From NCBI GenBank assembly GCA_002383485.1, contig DFYY01000022.1, positions 91,575 to 155,574 on the forward strand: DNA of 64,000 nucleotides, in the 5' to 3' direction. Source of the DNA: Bacteroidales bacterium UBA4070. Its GTDB lineage: Bacteria; Bacteroidota; Bacteroidia; Bacteroidales; VadinHA17. Positions 1-7,980 of the stretch are shown here, piece by piece (position 1 is the stretch's first letter; every line of letters begins with the position of its first letter). The translations under genes and the position numbers were made by a program. The notes under the pieces are model-generated. The model was not told the origin of the DNA. It did not search any database and was given only the letters and a program-made list of their open reading frames with translations.

Positions 1-29
1 TATAGCGGAAGAAACCAATACTCAACCCC

Positions 30-428
30 ATGAAGAGACAACTTCTACTGTTAATGACGGCGCTGGCAGTTCTGACGCTGTCATGCAACAAGGACAAGGC
101 CTCTGAGAGGTTCACGCTGCTTACATCCCATACATGGACCAGCGACAGTCTCCTTGCTGATGGTGCTGATGCCAGCGGACCGGGACAGATACTTGAAAAG
201 TTCAAGGGTGATGTACGGTTCAACGAGGACGGCACCGGCACTTTCGGCCAGTATACAGGCACATGGGCTTTCGCGGACAATGAGGTAAACCTGGCTATAG
301 ATTCTCCTGACCTGCCCTTCACCCTTACGACACATATTGTTGAGCTGAAGGCGACATCGCTAAAGGTCACCTTCACCTATCCGGGAGTGACACTGATTGA
401 TGTCAGGATGACATTCAGGCCCAAATGA
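30..428 (+). CDS. small lipoprotein of unknown function
   Basis: The ORF has an N-terminal hydrophobic signal ending in a lipobox-like LTLSC. Its stop overlaps the next start (ATGA at 425-428), which suggests co-expression with the TonB-dependent receptor. Confidence 0.6.
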   Translation: MKRQLLLLMTALAVLTLSCNKDKASERFTLLTSHTWTSDSLLADGADASGPGQILEKFKGDVRFNEDGTGTFGQYTGTWAFADNEVNLAIDSPDLPFTLTTHIVELKATSLKVTFTYPGVTLIDVRMTFRPK

Positions 429-2677
429 CTGCTTTAAGGGCAATTTTCATTACACTTTCACTGTTGCTGACCCTCCATGGTTCACAGGCACAGTCCGTTG
501 TGAGGGGAAGGGTGACTGACGTTCAGGCAGGCGAAACACTTGCCGGAGTCTACGTCATATGGGGCAAGAGTAACGGAATAAGCACTGCCGCCGATGGCTT
601 TTACTCCTTCACTGCCGGTTCAGGGCCACTCACCGTTGAATTCAGGTTTATAGGCTACAGGACGAGGACTGAAACCCTTCGCCTTGGCGCCCGTGATACA
701 GTGGTTCTGGATATTGCCCTTGAACCTGAGTCGCAGTTCCTGGACCAGGTGGTAGTCAGTGCCGACCGCATGGAACAGAAGCGTTCCGACCTTACTGTCT
801 CAATGGATGTAATCCGTTCAGAGCAGATCTTCCGGGCTCATATTACCGATGCGCAGGAGCTGATCACAAAAACACCCGGGATCGAGGTCCTTGACGGGCA
901 GGCATCTATCAGGGGAGGGAGCGGGTTCAGCTACGGTGCAGGCAGCAGGGTGCTTGCACTCATTGACGGACTGCCGATGATGTCAGCGGATGCAGGCAAC
1001 GTAAAATGGAACTTCCTCCCGCTGGAGAATCTCTCACAGGTCGAGATCATAAAAGGGGCCTCATCGGTTCTTTATGGGTCATCAGCTCTTAACGGTGTTG
1101 TCAACTTAAGGACGGCTGACGCCTCCAATATTCCCGTAACAACATTTTTTGTCGAAACCGGTTTGTACGGCAATCCTCCGAACAGTGACTGGAAGTGGTG
1201 GGACACGCCAAGGCTCTCAGGCAATGCCTCCTTTTCGCACCTGCAAAAGATAAAAAATACAGATATGGGTCTTGGCCTGAGTCTCTCATCTGACGCAGGT
1301 TACCGGAAGTATAATGATGAGTCGCTGGGAAGGATCAGTCTCAGGCTGAAACATCACAGCAGCAGGGTTGAGGGTTTGAAATACGGCCTGAACATAGCAG
1401 GAGGCAAGAGTTACAAAACCGACTTTGTGCTATGGGAAGACGCGCTGGACGGAGGGTTGAAGCAGGATACATCTACGGTTTCGAGGCTTCACGGTTATTA
1501 TTTTTCTGCTGATCCGTATTTATCATTCGGCAGGCGGGGAAAGGTTAAGCATGACATAAGAATGAGGCTTCAGTCATCCGAGAACCGGTTTCCGGTCAGG
1601 ACTGCAAACAATTCAGGCACACTTTCACTTTACGGAGAATACCAGTTCTGGTACGGCTTTTCCGAGCATCTGAGCATGACGGCAGGATTGGCGCAGACAA
1701 CGGGTCTCATCCGGTCCAACTTTTACGGTGATCACCGGGGGCTGAACATGGCAGGCTTCGCGCAGGCAGAACTGAGGTTATTCAGTCGCCTGAAGGTCAC
1801 CGGAGGAATCAGGGTTGAGCAGAACATTCTGGACGGTGAGCGTGACAGGGTTGTACCTGTATTCCGCACAGGACTGAATTTCGAGGCAGCAAGGCATACA
1901 TTCCTGAGGGCCTCTTTCGGACAGGGTTACCGCTATCCATCTGTTGCAGAGAAGCATGCCTCCACTACCCTGGGTTCGATAAGGATTTTTCCCAGTCCCT
2001 CTGTGAAGCCTGAGTCAGGATGGAGCACTGAAGCAGGGGTTATGCAGGCTTTCATGCTTGGCCGGATACGGGGTGAGGGCGATCTGTCACTGTTCCTTTC
2101 GCAGAACAGGGATATGATAGAATATATTTTCGGGGTGCACCAGGATCCCGGGACCGGCACTTCAGGACTGGGGTTCAAGGCAATAAATGTTGAGCAGTCA
2201 AGGATATGGGGCGCTGAGCTTGAACTGCATATGAGCCGGCCGGTTGGAAAGATGACAGCCTTATTAACCGGAGGATATACCTTTATACGCCCGATGGAGA
2301 TCAATGCTTACACAGGCAGAAGTACCGGTGTTTTCCTGAAGTACCGGAGATCACACAATGCGAAGTTTGGCCTTCTGGCTACAGGAAACCGTGTTGAAGC
2401 CGGACTGGATATCTTTATGAGGTCACGGACTCTTAATATTGATGATGTATTTCTGAATCCGGCGACACGGGAGTCGATTTTACCCGGCTTCTATGATTAC
2501 TGGCAGGATCACAACCGTGGCTATCTTCTGATGGACGGGAATATCGGGTTCAGGGTGAGCCGGGCGCTGAAGGTTTCTCTCGCCGTAAGGAATCTGACCA
2601 ATACCGAATACATGGGCCGTCCCGGCGATATCCAGCCTCACCGTAATTTCAGTCTGCGGTTGAGCGGGAGATTCTGA
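425..2677 (+). CDS. TonB-dependent outer-membrane receptor (CarboxypepD_reg-like N-domain, plug, barrel)
   Basis: 750 aa with a signal peptide. VRGRVTD..GETLAGVYV is a carboxypeptidase-regulatory-like segment. Plug-type motifs are IEVLDGQASIRGGSG and VEIIKGASSVLYGSSALNGVVNL. The protein ends in a C-terminal Phe. Confidence 0.85.
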   Translation: MTALRAIFITLSLLLTLHGSQAQSVVRGRVTDVQAGETLAGVYVIWGKSNGISTAADGFYSFTAGSGPLTVEFRFIGYRTRTETLRLGARDTVVLDIALEPESQFLDQVVVSADRMEQKRSDLTVSMDVIRSEQIFRAHITDAQELITKTPGIEVLDGQASIRGGSGFSYGAGSRVLALIDGLPMMSADAGNVKWNFLPLENLSQVEIIKGASSVLYGSSALNGVVNLRTADASNIPVTTFFVETGLYGNPPNSDWKWWDTPRLSGNASFSHLQKIKNTDMGLGLSLSSDAGYRKYNDESLGRISLRLKHHSSRVEGLKYGLNIAGGKSYKTDFVLWEDALDGGLKQDTSTVSRLHGYYFSADPYLSFGRRGKVKHDIRMRLQSSENRFPVRTANNSGTLSLYGEYQFWYGFSEHLSMTAGLAQTTGLIRSNFYGDHRGLNMAGFAQAELRLFSRLKVTGGIRVEQNILDGERDRVVPVFRTGLNFEAARHTFLRASFGQGYRYPSVAEKHASTTLGSIRIFPSPSVKPESGWSTEAGVMQAFMLGRIRGEGDLSLFLSQNRDMIEYIFGVHQDPGTGTSGLGFKAINVEQSRIWGAELELHMSRPVGKMTALLTGGYTFIRPMEINAYTGRSTGVFLKYRRSHNAKFGLLATGNRVEAGLDIFMRSRTLNIDDVFLNPATRESILPGFYDYWQDHNRGYLLMDGNIGFRVSRALKVSLAVRNLTNTEYMGRPGDIQPHRNFSLRLSGRF

Positions 2678-2700
2678 GGCTTTTTATCTACTTTTACCTT

Positions 2701-3207
2701 ATGTTCCGCTCCGGGCTTATAATTTCTGTTCTCATTACCCTGATGATGCCGCCGTTTTTGCAGCAGCTTGACGGACAGGATAACGCCAGGCTGACGAATC
2801 TGAAGCAGACTGACGTGCAGGACACGATCGTGCCAACTGCATCATGCCGTGACAGTGGTGGTGAGATAATTGATGAGGATCCGCCGGTTCCATGTCGAAC
2901 GATAATAAGGAAGGATGCCTGTGGCACTATCGATATTGGCAACAACCTGAACTGGTTGAATACGCTGATTGTCACCTCCTACAGTGATCAGTCGGGAATT
3001 TACAGGGGTAAGATATGGGTGTCAAACTACAGAGGTATTGACTACATTGTAACGGACATGCCGCTTATCGCCGGGTATACAGGATATCATGTTTTTCAGT
3101 GTGACGGGTCTGAGACCGTTATTAACGACAATGCGTATTTTGCTTCGCTTAAAAACAGTTATCTGATCTGGATGAGTTATTGTCCTCAACCAGGGACTAC
3201 GGACTGA
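2701..3207 (+). CDS. hypothetical secreted Cys-containing protein
   Basis: 168-aa ORF with an N-terminal hydrophobic segment. I recognise no family. Confidence 0.4.
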   Translation: MFRSGLIISVLITLMMPPFLQQLDGQDNARLTNLKQTDVQDTIVPTASCRDSGGEIIDEDPPVPCRTIIRKDACGTIDIGNNLNWLNTLIVTSYSDQSGIYRGKIWVSNYRGIDYIVTDMPLIAGYTGYHVFQCDGSETVINDNAYFASLKNSYLIWMSYCPQPGTTD

Positions 3208-3670
3208 TGTGGCTTTAGCCTCACAATATAATGATAGTCAGAAATGTATAACGAAAATAACGGGATTTTCTTCCTCGCCGTATGGCGCCTCGGCCGGACT
3301 CTTTCATCCTGAGTTTACCTTTGCAAATGAATCAGAAATGCTGCTACTCGCAGCATTCACCTTATTTTGATCCATTCGCTCCTGATCTTTGCAGGTCATT
3401 GCTCCTGTTCAAGGATTAAAATGTATAGATGAGTGATGGTGGAATTTTGCCCGGGGATACAGACTAAGACATAAGTCAATGGTTTTGCTGTCAACTGCTT
3501 AGATCATATTATCAAGATCAACCCTGAAGTCGTTATCATCAATATAAAGCGGCCTTGCTTGTCTGATCAGGACTTGAGCTTAGTAAATTTTTCATTAAAT
3601 GATCACTAAATGATACTTTGGTGAAATATTTACTTTTGTGGAAAGATAAATGGTTTTGATAAAAAAAATG

Positions 3671-3745
3671 TTATATATATGATTTTATGCAATAAGTCCA
3701 GAATATAACTATATTTATGCAATTAAATATAGTTTTATGCAGAAT
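3671..3745 (+). repeat. upstream copy of the fic-flanking direct-repeat module (three TTTATGCA boxes)
   Basis: TTTATGCA boxes end at 3691, 3721 and 3741 (spacing 30 and 20 bp), preceded by TATATAT. The module matches 5292-5366 at a constant offset of 1621 bp. Confidence 0.7.
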
Positions 3746-3772
3746 GGTTTAAATTAATGAAGTATTTGGCAT

Positions 3773-5275
3773 ATGTCTGAAAAACCAATTGGAAGTACCT
3801 GGCTAAAACAGCACTATCAACTTTCAAATATTAAATTATCTCATGAATCTTATCTTGGTACAAGATCAAAAGTTGAAATACTGCAGGATGGGACAATTAT
3901 TGACACCTACCAAAAGGCGCAATATAGTCTTAAAGTAGATACTCCGTTAAGCCATTTTGAGTTTGCTCTTAAATATGATGACGTCCAGATGAGCTTTTAT
4001 CAGGCTGTCTTAAAATCTATTCCTGAAACAGATATAGTTGAGTATATTAAATCTGCACCAGGCTCTAAATATTCCAGGAAGATTGGATTTTGGTATGAAT
4101 TTTTAACTGGAGAGCAGCTACCCATTGAAGACAGGCCAAAAATCAACTATATTGATTTAATAGACTCTAAAAGGTATTTTACAGGTTCGATTGTTAAGGA
4201 TACCCGGTGGCGCATAAACAAAAATTTATTGGGTGATGTTGGTTTTTGTCCTACTATTAAGAAAACGGATACTATATCAAAAGCACTTGAACATGATTTT
4301 TCTGAGTCTCTCTGGGAACTCACAAAAAACTATTCTCCTGAAATATTAGCAAGGGCCAATAATTATTTATACAAAAAGGAAACACGTTCATCGTACCAAA
4401 TTGAAAAAGAAGAACCAACACCAGAGCGTATTGAAAGATTTGTTAGTTTATTGAGTAATGCCGGTAAAAAAAATATTAGAGACCTTCTTAGTGAGGAATC
4501 TCTTGTATCTCTACAGAATCAGATTGTCGATCCACGTTTTGCAGCTACAGGTTTCCGGGATTTTCAAAATTATATTGGCCAGACAACATTGAATTATGAT
4601 GAAATAATTCATTACATATGTCCATCACCGGAATTTATTCCGGAGTTAATGAAAGATCTTTCAACTACTGCAATTAATATGGAAGGTGTAAATCCAATTG
4701 TAAAGGCAACTGCTGTAGCTTTTGGATTCGTATTTATACACCCATTTGAAGATGGAAATGGAAGAATTCATAGATTTTTAATTCATGATCTTTTGTCAAG
4801 GGATAATTTCTTACCCACTGGGATGATTATCCCAGTTTCAGCCCATATGGTAAATAATTTGAAACTATACGATGAAGCTCTGGAAGCATATTCTAAACCA
4901 CTTATGCAAATAATTAAATACACAAAAGATAATAAACAAAAATTAAACGTCTTAAATGCTTCCGAAGTTGAAGGATATTATAAGTTCCCAGATCTCACAG
5001 CGCAAACTGAATATTTATGTACAGTAATTGAAACAGCTATCTCCCGGGATCTTCCAAACGAATTAAATTTCCTTCAAAACTATGATGAAGCCAAGGAGTT
5101 AATGAAGCAGAGGATAGATATGCCAGATAAGCTAATAGATTCATTTATCCGATTTACTCATCAGAATAATGGAGTCTTTCCAAAAAGGAGAAGAAGCACC
5201 TTCCATATGCTAAATGATGATGAAATTGAAGCGCTTCAGTCTATTTTCAAGGCTGTCTTTACTTCAGGTAAATAA
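3773..5275 (+). CDS. Fic family protein (AMPylase-type Fic domain)
   Basis: 500 aa with the canonical Fic motif HPFEDGNGRIHR (nt 4739-4774). An upstream inhibitory-helix-like segment, ETRSSYQIEKE, lies at nt 4380-4412. The gene sits in a visibly AT-rich segment. Confidence 0.9.
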   Translation: MSEKPIGSTWLKQHYQLSNIKLSHESYLGTRSKVEILQDGTIIDTYQKAQYSLKVDTPLSHFEFALKYDDVQMSFYQAVLKSIPETDIVEYIKSAPGSKYSRKIGFWYEFLTGEQLPIEDRPKINYIDLIDSKRYFTGSIVKDTRWRINKNLLGDVGFCPTIKKTDTISKALEHDFSESLWELTKNYSPEILARANNYLYKKETRSSYQIEKEEPTPERIERFVSLLSNAGKKNIRDLLSEESLVSLQNQIVDPRFAATGFRDFQNYIGQTTLNYDEIIHYICPSPEFIPELMKDLSTTAINMEGVNPIVKATAVAFGFVFIHPFEDGNGRIHRFLIHDLLSRDNFLPTGMIIPVSAHMVNNLKLYDEALEAYSKPLMQIIKYTKDNKQKLNVLNASEVEGYYKFPDLTAQTEYLCTVIETAISRDLPNELNFLQNYDEAKELMKQRIDMPDKLIDSFIRFTHQNNGVFPKRRRSTFHMLNDDEIEALQSIFKAVFTSGK

Positions 5276-5291
5276 TCAGGGAAGATTATAG

Positions 5292-5366
5292 GTATATATT
5301 TAATTTTATGCTGTGGCCCCTTAAAATATCTAATTTTATGCATTAATATTTGTTTTTATGCAAGAG
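5292..5366 (+). repeat. downstream copy of the fic-flanking direct-repeat module
   Basis: TTTATGCT/TTTATGCA/TTTATGCA boxes end at 5312, 5342 and 5362. The 30/20-bp spacing and orientation match the upstream copy. Confidence 0.7.
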
Positions 5367-5436
5367 CCTCAATAAGTCTGTTTCAGATCTGGCTGTGACT
5401 AATTTTTAATATTTTTATATCAAAACCTGGCATTAT

Positions 5437-5463
5437 GAAAAAAGCCACTGAGTTACAGTGGCT
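5437..5463 (-). terminator. hairpin terminator downstream of tRNA-Asp
   Basis: AGCCACTG-agtta-CAGTGGCT is an 8-bp stem (5443-5463). On the minus strand it is followed by a T-run, 16 nt after the tRNA 3' end. Confidence 0.6.
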
Positions 5464-5478
5464 TATATTTTTCTTTTG

Positions 5479-5553
5479 CGGTGCGGACGGGACTCGAACC
5501 CGCGACCCTCGGCGTGACAGGCCGATATTCTAACCAAACTGAACTACCGCACC
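5479..5553 (-). tRNA. tRNA-Asp (anticodon GTC)
   Basis: The reverse complement reads GGTGCGGTAGTTCAGTTTGGTTAGAATATCGGCCTGTCACGCCGAGGGTCGCGGGTTCGAGTCCCGTCCGCACCG. It folds as a cloverleaf: acceptor GGTGCGG/CCGCACC, anticodon loop CTGTCAC, T-loop TTCGAGT. CCA is not encoded. Confidence 0.9.
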
Positions 5554-5729
5554 AAAAGCGATGCAAAATTAATCCAATTTTCCATTCCTCAAAATATTTT
5601 GTTCAAATATATTCCAGTCCGCTCCGGACCATGGTAATACAGCCGTAAAACTGCATCTCCGCGAAGGATTCATATCCGAAATCAAATGCTATTTCATCAG
5701 GTTTATTATATTTGTTTTTAAGCTTGATT

Positions 5730-6794
5730 ATGAAGAATATCTACCTGCAACTGGCAGAATATGAAACCGCAGCAAACGGACTAGTCCTGGCCACAGTAGT
5801 TGCTGCCAGCGGCTCTACACCACAGAAACCGGGAAGCTCCGCCCTTTTTCTCAATGGAAGACTTATTGCCGGTACTATTGGCGGCGGAATAGTCGAAAAT
5901 AAAGTCTCCCTCTATGCTGCCAAATGTGTTGAAGCAAGGGAATCGGCACTGCTCCGGTTCAATCTCGACCTGGATACTGATGATCCGGAAGAGGCAGTAT
6001 GTGGAGGTACATTGTCCATACTTGTTGACAGTGATCCGCTCCGGAGCAGCCAGGTGTTCCGTGAAATGGCAGAGAGTCTGCGTGCATCACGGCCAGGTGT
6101 TCTCGTTACAAGGGTGGTGCCCTGGAATGATTCAACTATCCTGATCAGCAGATGCTGGGCAACTACGGAGTGTGAACCACATGTCCCGGGCAATGACGAC
6201 GACATGATCGCCACAGAGGTAATACAGATGCTCTCGGACGGAGTCCGCGCAGGGTACCACATGCTTGAGATGACAATTCCCGGAGAACAGCACCCCGCAA
6301 CAGTATTCCTTGAACCGGTCTTTCCGCCGCAGCGACTGATCATTGCCGGTGCCGGGCATGTAGGCAGGGCTGTGGCACGCCAGGGCCGCATTCTGGGATT
6401 CGAAGTGACTGTAATTGATGACAGGCATGAATACGCGAACAGCCAGAATCTTCCCGATGCGGACAATATTATCGTTCGCGATATCGGAGAAGCAATGAGG
6501 GAGACGCCAAAGGACTCCGGCACATACATTGTAATCGTGACCCGTGGCCACAGTCATGATGCCGAGGCACTCAGACCCTGCATTGGTTCGGAAGCAGCTT
6601 ATGTAGGAATGATGGGCAGCAAGGTCAAGGTGGCAAAGATGCATGAGGATTTCATCCTGAAAGGCTGGGCAACAGAAGAGCAGTGGGAGCGGATATATAC
6701 GCCGATCGGAATCGATATCGGATCTCAGACAGTGGAGGAGATTGCTGTCAGTATTGCTGCGCAATTGATAATTAAAAGAGGCAACAGGCAGTAG
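5730..6794 (+). CDS. xdhC: XdhC/CoxI family molybdenum-hydroxylase maturation protein
   Basis: The N-terminal XdhC_CoxI-like segment is ATVVAASGSTPQKPGS..GTIGGG. The C-terminal Rossmann-like segment is IIAGAGHVGRAVARQGRILGFEVTVIDDR. I prefer the ATG at 5730 (MKNIYLQ) over the upstream TTG at 5712. Confidence 0.8.
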   Translation: MKNIYLQLAEYETAANGLVLATVVAASGSTPQKPGSSALFLNGRLIAGTIGGGIVENKVSLYAAKCVEARESALLRFNLDLDTDDPEEAVCGGTLSILVDSDPLRSSQVFREMAESLRASRPGVLVTRVVPWNDSTILISRCWATTECEPHVPGNDDDMIATEVIQMLSDGVRAGYHMLEMTIPGEQHPATVFLEPVFPPQRLIIAGAGHVGRAVARQGRILGFEVTVIDDRHEYANSQNLPDADNIIVRDIGEAMRETPKDSGTYIVIVTRGHSHDAEALRPCIGSEAAYVGMMGSKVKVAKMHEDFILKGWATEEQWERIYTPIGIDIGSQTVEEIAVSIAAQLIIKRGNRQ

Positions 6795-6861
6795 AGGGCC
6801 GGGCGTATAGTCCCGACATTGTCTGTCGGGATAGCGAAGGTGCCAGTTTGCAGGGAAGGAG
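6786..6861 (+). repeat. interspersed stop-codon-bearing hairpin element, copy A
   Basis: AGGCAGTAGAGGGCCGGGCGTAT, then hairpin TCCCGAC-attgtct-GTCGGGA (6811-6831), then AGCGAAGGTGCCAGTTTGCAGGGAAGG. Both flanks match copy B at 18416-18487. Confidence 0.65.
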
Positions 6862-6901
6862 TGGGTTTGAGTCAAAAGATTGAAATTAGTCAGGTTATAA
6901 G

Positions 6902-7498
6902 ATGACGCGGATATGGGCCATAGTGTTAGCGGCGGGAGAGTCCAGGAGAATGGGCTCACCGAAAATGCTGCTCCCATACAATGATGTGACAGTGATTGAG
7001 CAGGTTATCCTGAATCTCCTGGATTCTGACATTGACAGGGTGGTGGTTGTGCTTGGAGCCGGCCGGGAGGAGATTATGTCAGTGACGCGCAGGTATGACG
7101 TATTTCACTGCTATAATGAAGATTACAAGTTAGGGATGCTCTCCTCGGTCAAATGCGGCTTCTACTCACTTCCCCGGGGCTGCATCGGTGCACTAATCAT
7201 GCCTGGTGATCAGCCAATGACAGGGCCAGGAGAGATAAACCGCGTTATCCGTACTTTTCTGGAGAGCTGCAAGGGGCTGGTAATGGCGGCACACAATGGC
7301 AAGAGGGGACATCCCCTGATCGTGGACATGAAATATGCGGATGAGGTATTGAATCTCCCGGAGGGTGAAGGATTGAGGGTGCTGGCTGTAAGGCATCCGG
7401 AGGATGTGCTGGAGTCTGATACTGATGATTCGTCTGTGCTGAGAGATATTGACACGCTGGAAGACTATATGAATGAAATTAGTAAAACAAGAGAATGA
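6902..7498 (+). CDS. MobA/MocA-like nucleotidyltransferase (molybdenum cofactor cytidylyltransferase type)
   Basis: The N-terminus WAIVLAAGESRRMGSPKMLLPY is typical of the NTP_transf_3 family. The stop overlaps the next start (ATGA at 7495-7498). Confidence 0.75.
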   Translation: MTRIWAIVLAAGESRRMGSPKMLLPYNDVTVIEQVILNLLDSDIDRVVVVLGAGREEIMSVTRRYDVFHCYNEDYKLGMLSSVKCGFYSLPRGCIGALIMPGDQPMTGPGEINRVIRTFLESCKGLVMAAHNGKRGHPLIVDMKYADEVLNLPEGEGLRVLAVRHPEDVLESDTDDSSVLRDIDTLEDYMNEISKTRE

Positions 7499-7980
7499 TG
7501 GAAGAGACAATCCGGTTCAAGCTTAACGGCAATGAGACGGAGCTGGTTACTGATCCGAACCAGATCCTGCTCTGGGTCCTGAGAAATCATTTTGGCCTTA
7601 CCGGCACCAAATACGGTTGCGGCATAGGCTTCTGTGGCGCCTGCACCGTGCTGATAGACGGAGAGCCGGCCAGATCATGCATGATTCCTGTGAGTGATGT
7701 CGCAGGCAGGAGCGTGGTTACCATAGAGGGTCTGGAGGATGGTGGTGAGCTTCATCCTGTCCAGAAGGCCTTCATTGATCATGATGCCCTCCAATGTGGT
7801 TTCTGCACCCCGGGCATGGTGCTTACTGCGGTGGGGATGCTTGAGAAAAATCCTTCCCCGACACGCGAAGAGATAGTCGCCGGACTGGAAGAAAACCTAT
7901 GCCGGTGCGGGGCTCACAAACGTATTATCGAAGCTGTTGAAGATGCTGCCAGAATAAAAAGGGGAGGGAATGTAAAATGA
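7495..7980 (+). CDS. (2Fe-2S)-binding small subunit of a xanthine dehydrogenase/aldehyde oxidase-family enzyme (IorA-like)
   Basis: Two Cys clusters are present, CGIGFCGACTV and CGFCTPGM..CRCG. The ORF is translationally coupled on both sides. Confidence 0.85.
   Translation: MMEETIRFKLNGNETELVTDPNQILLWVLRNHFGLTGTKYGCGIGFCGACTVLIDGEPARSCMIPVSDVAGRSVVTIEGLEDGGELHPVQKAFIDHDALQCGFCTPGMVLTAVGMLEKNPSPTREEIVAGLEENLCRCGAHKRIIEAVEDAARIKRGGNVK

Noticed and set aside
3208-3772. A possible integrase or att remnant at the left edge of the fic islet. This includes a 26-codon minus-strand fragment (..LIRQARPLYIDDNDFRVDLDNMI) and an 8-bp perfect hairpin at 3337-3357.
   Set aside because: - I cannot assign the fragment to any family by eye.
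- I found no copy of the tRNA-Asp 3' end.
- The hairpin has no T-run.
- I therefore make no feature call beyond noting the ORF-free stretch.
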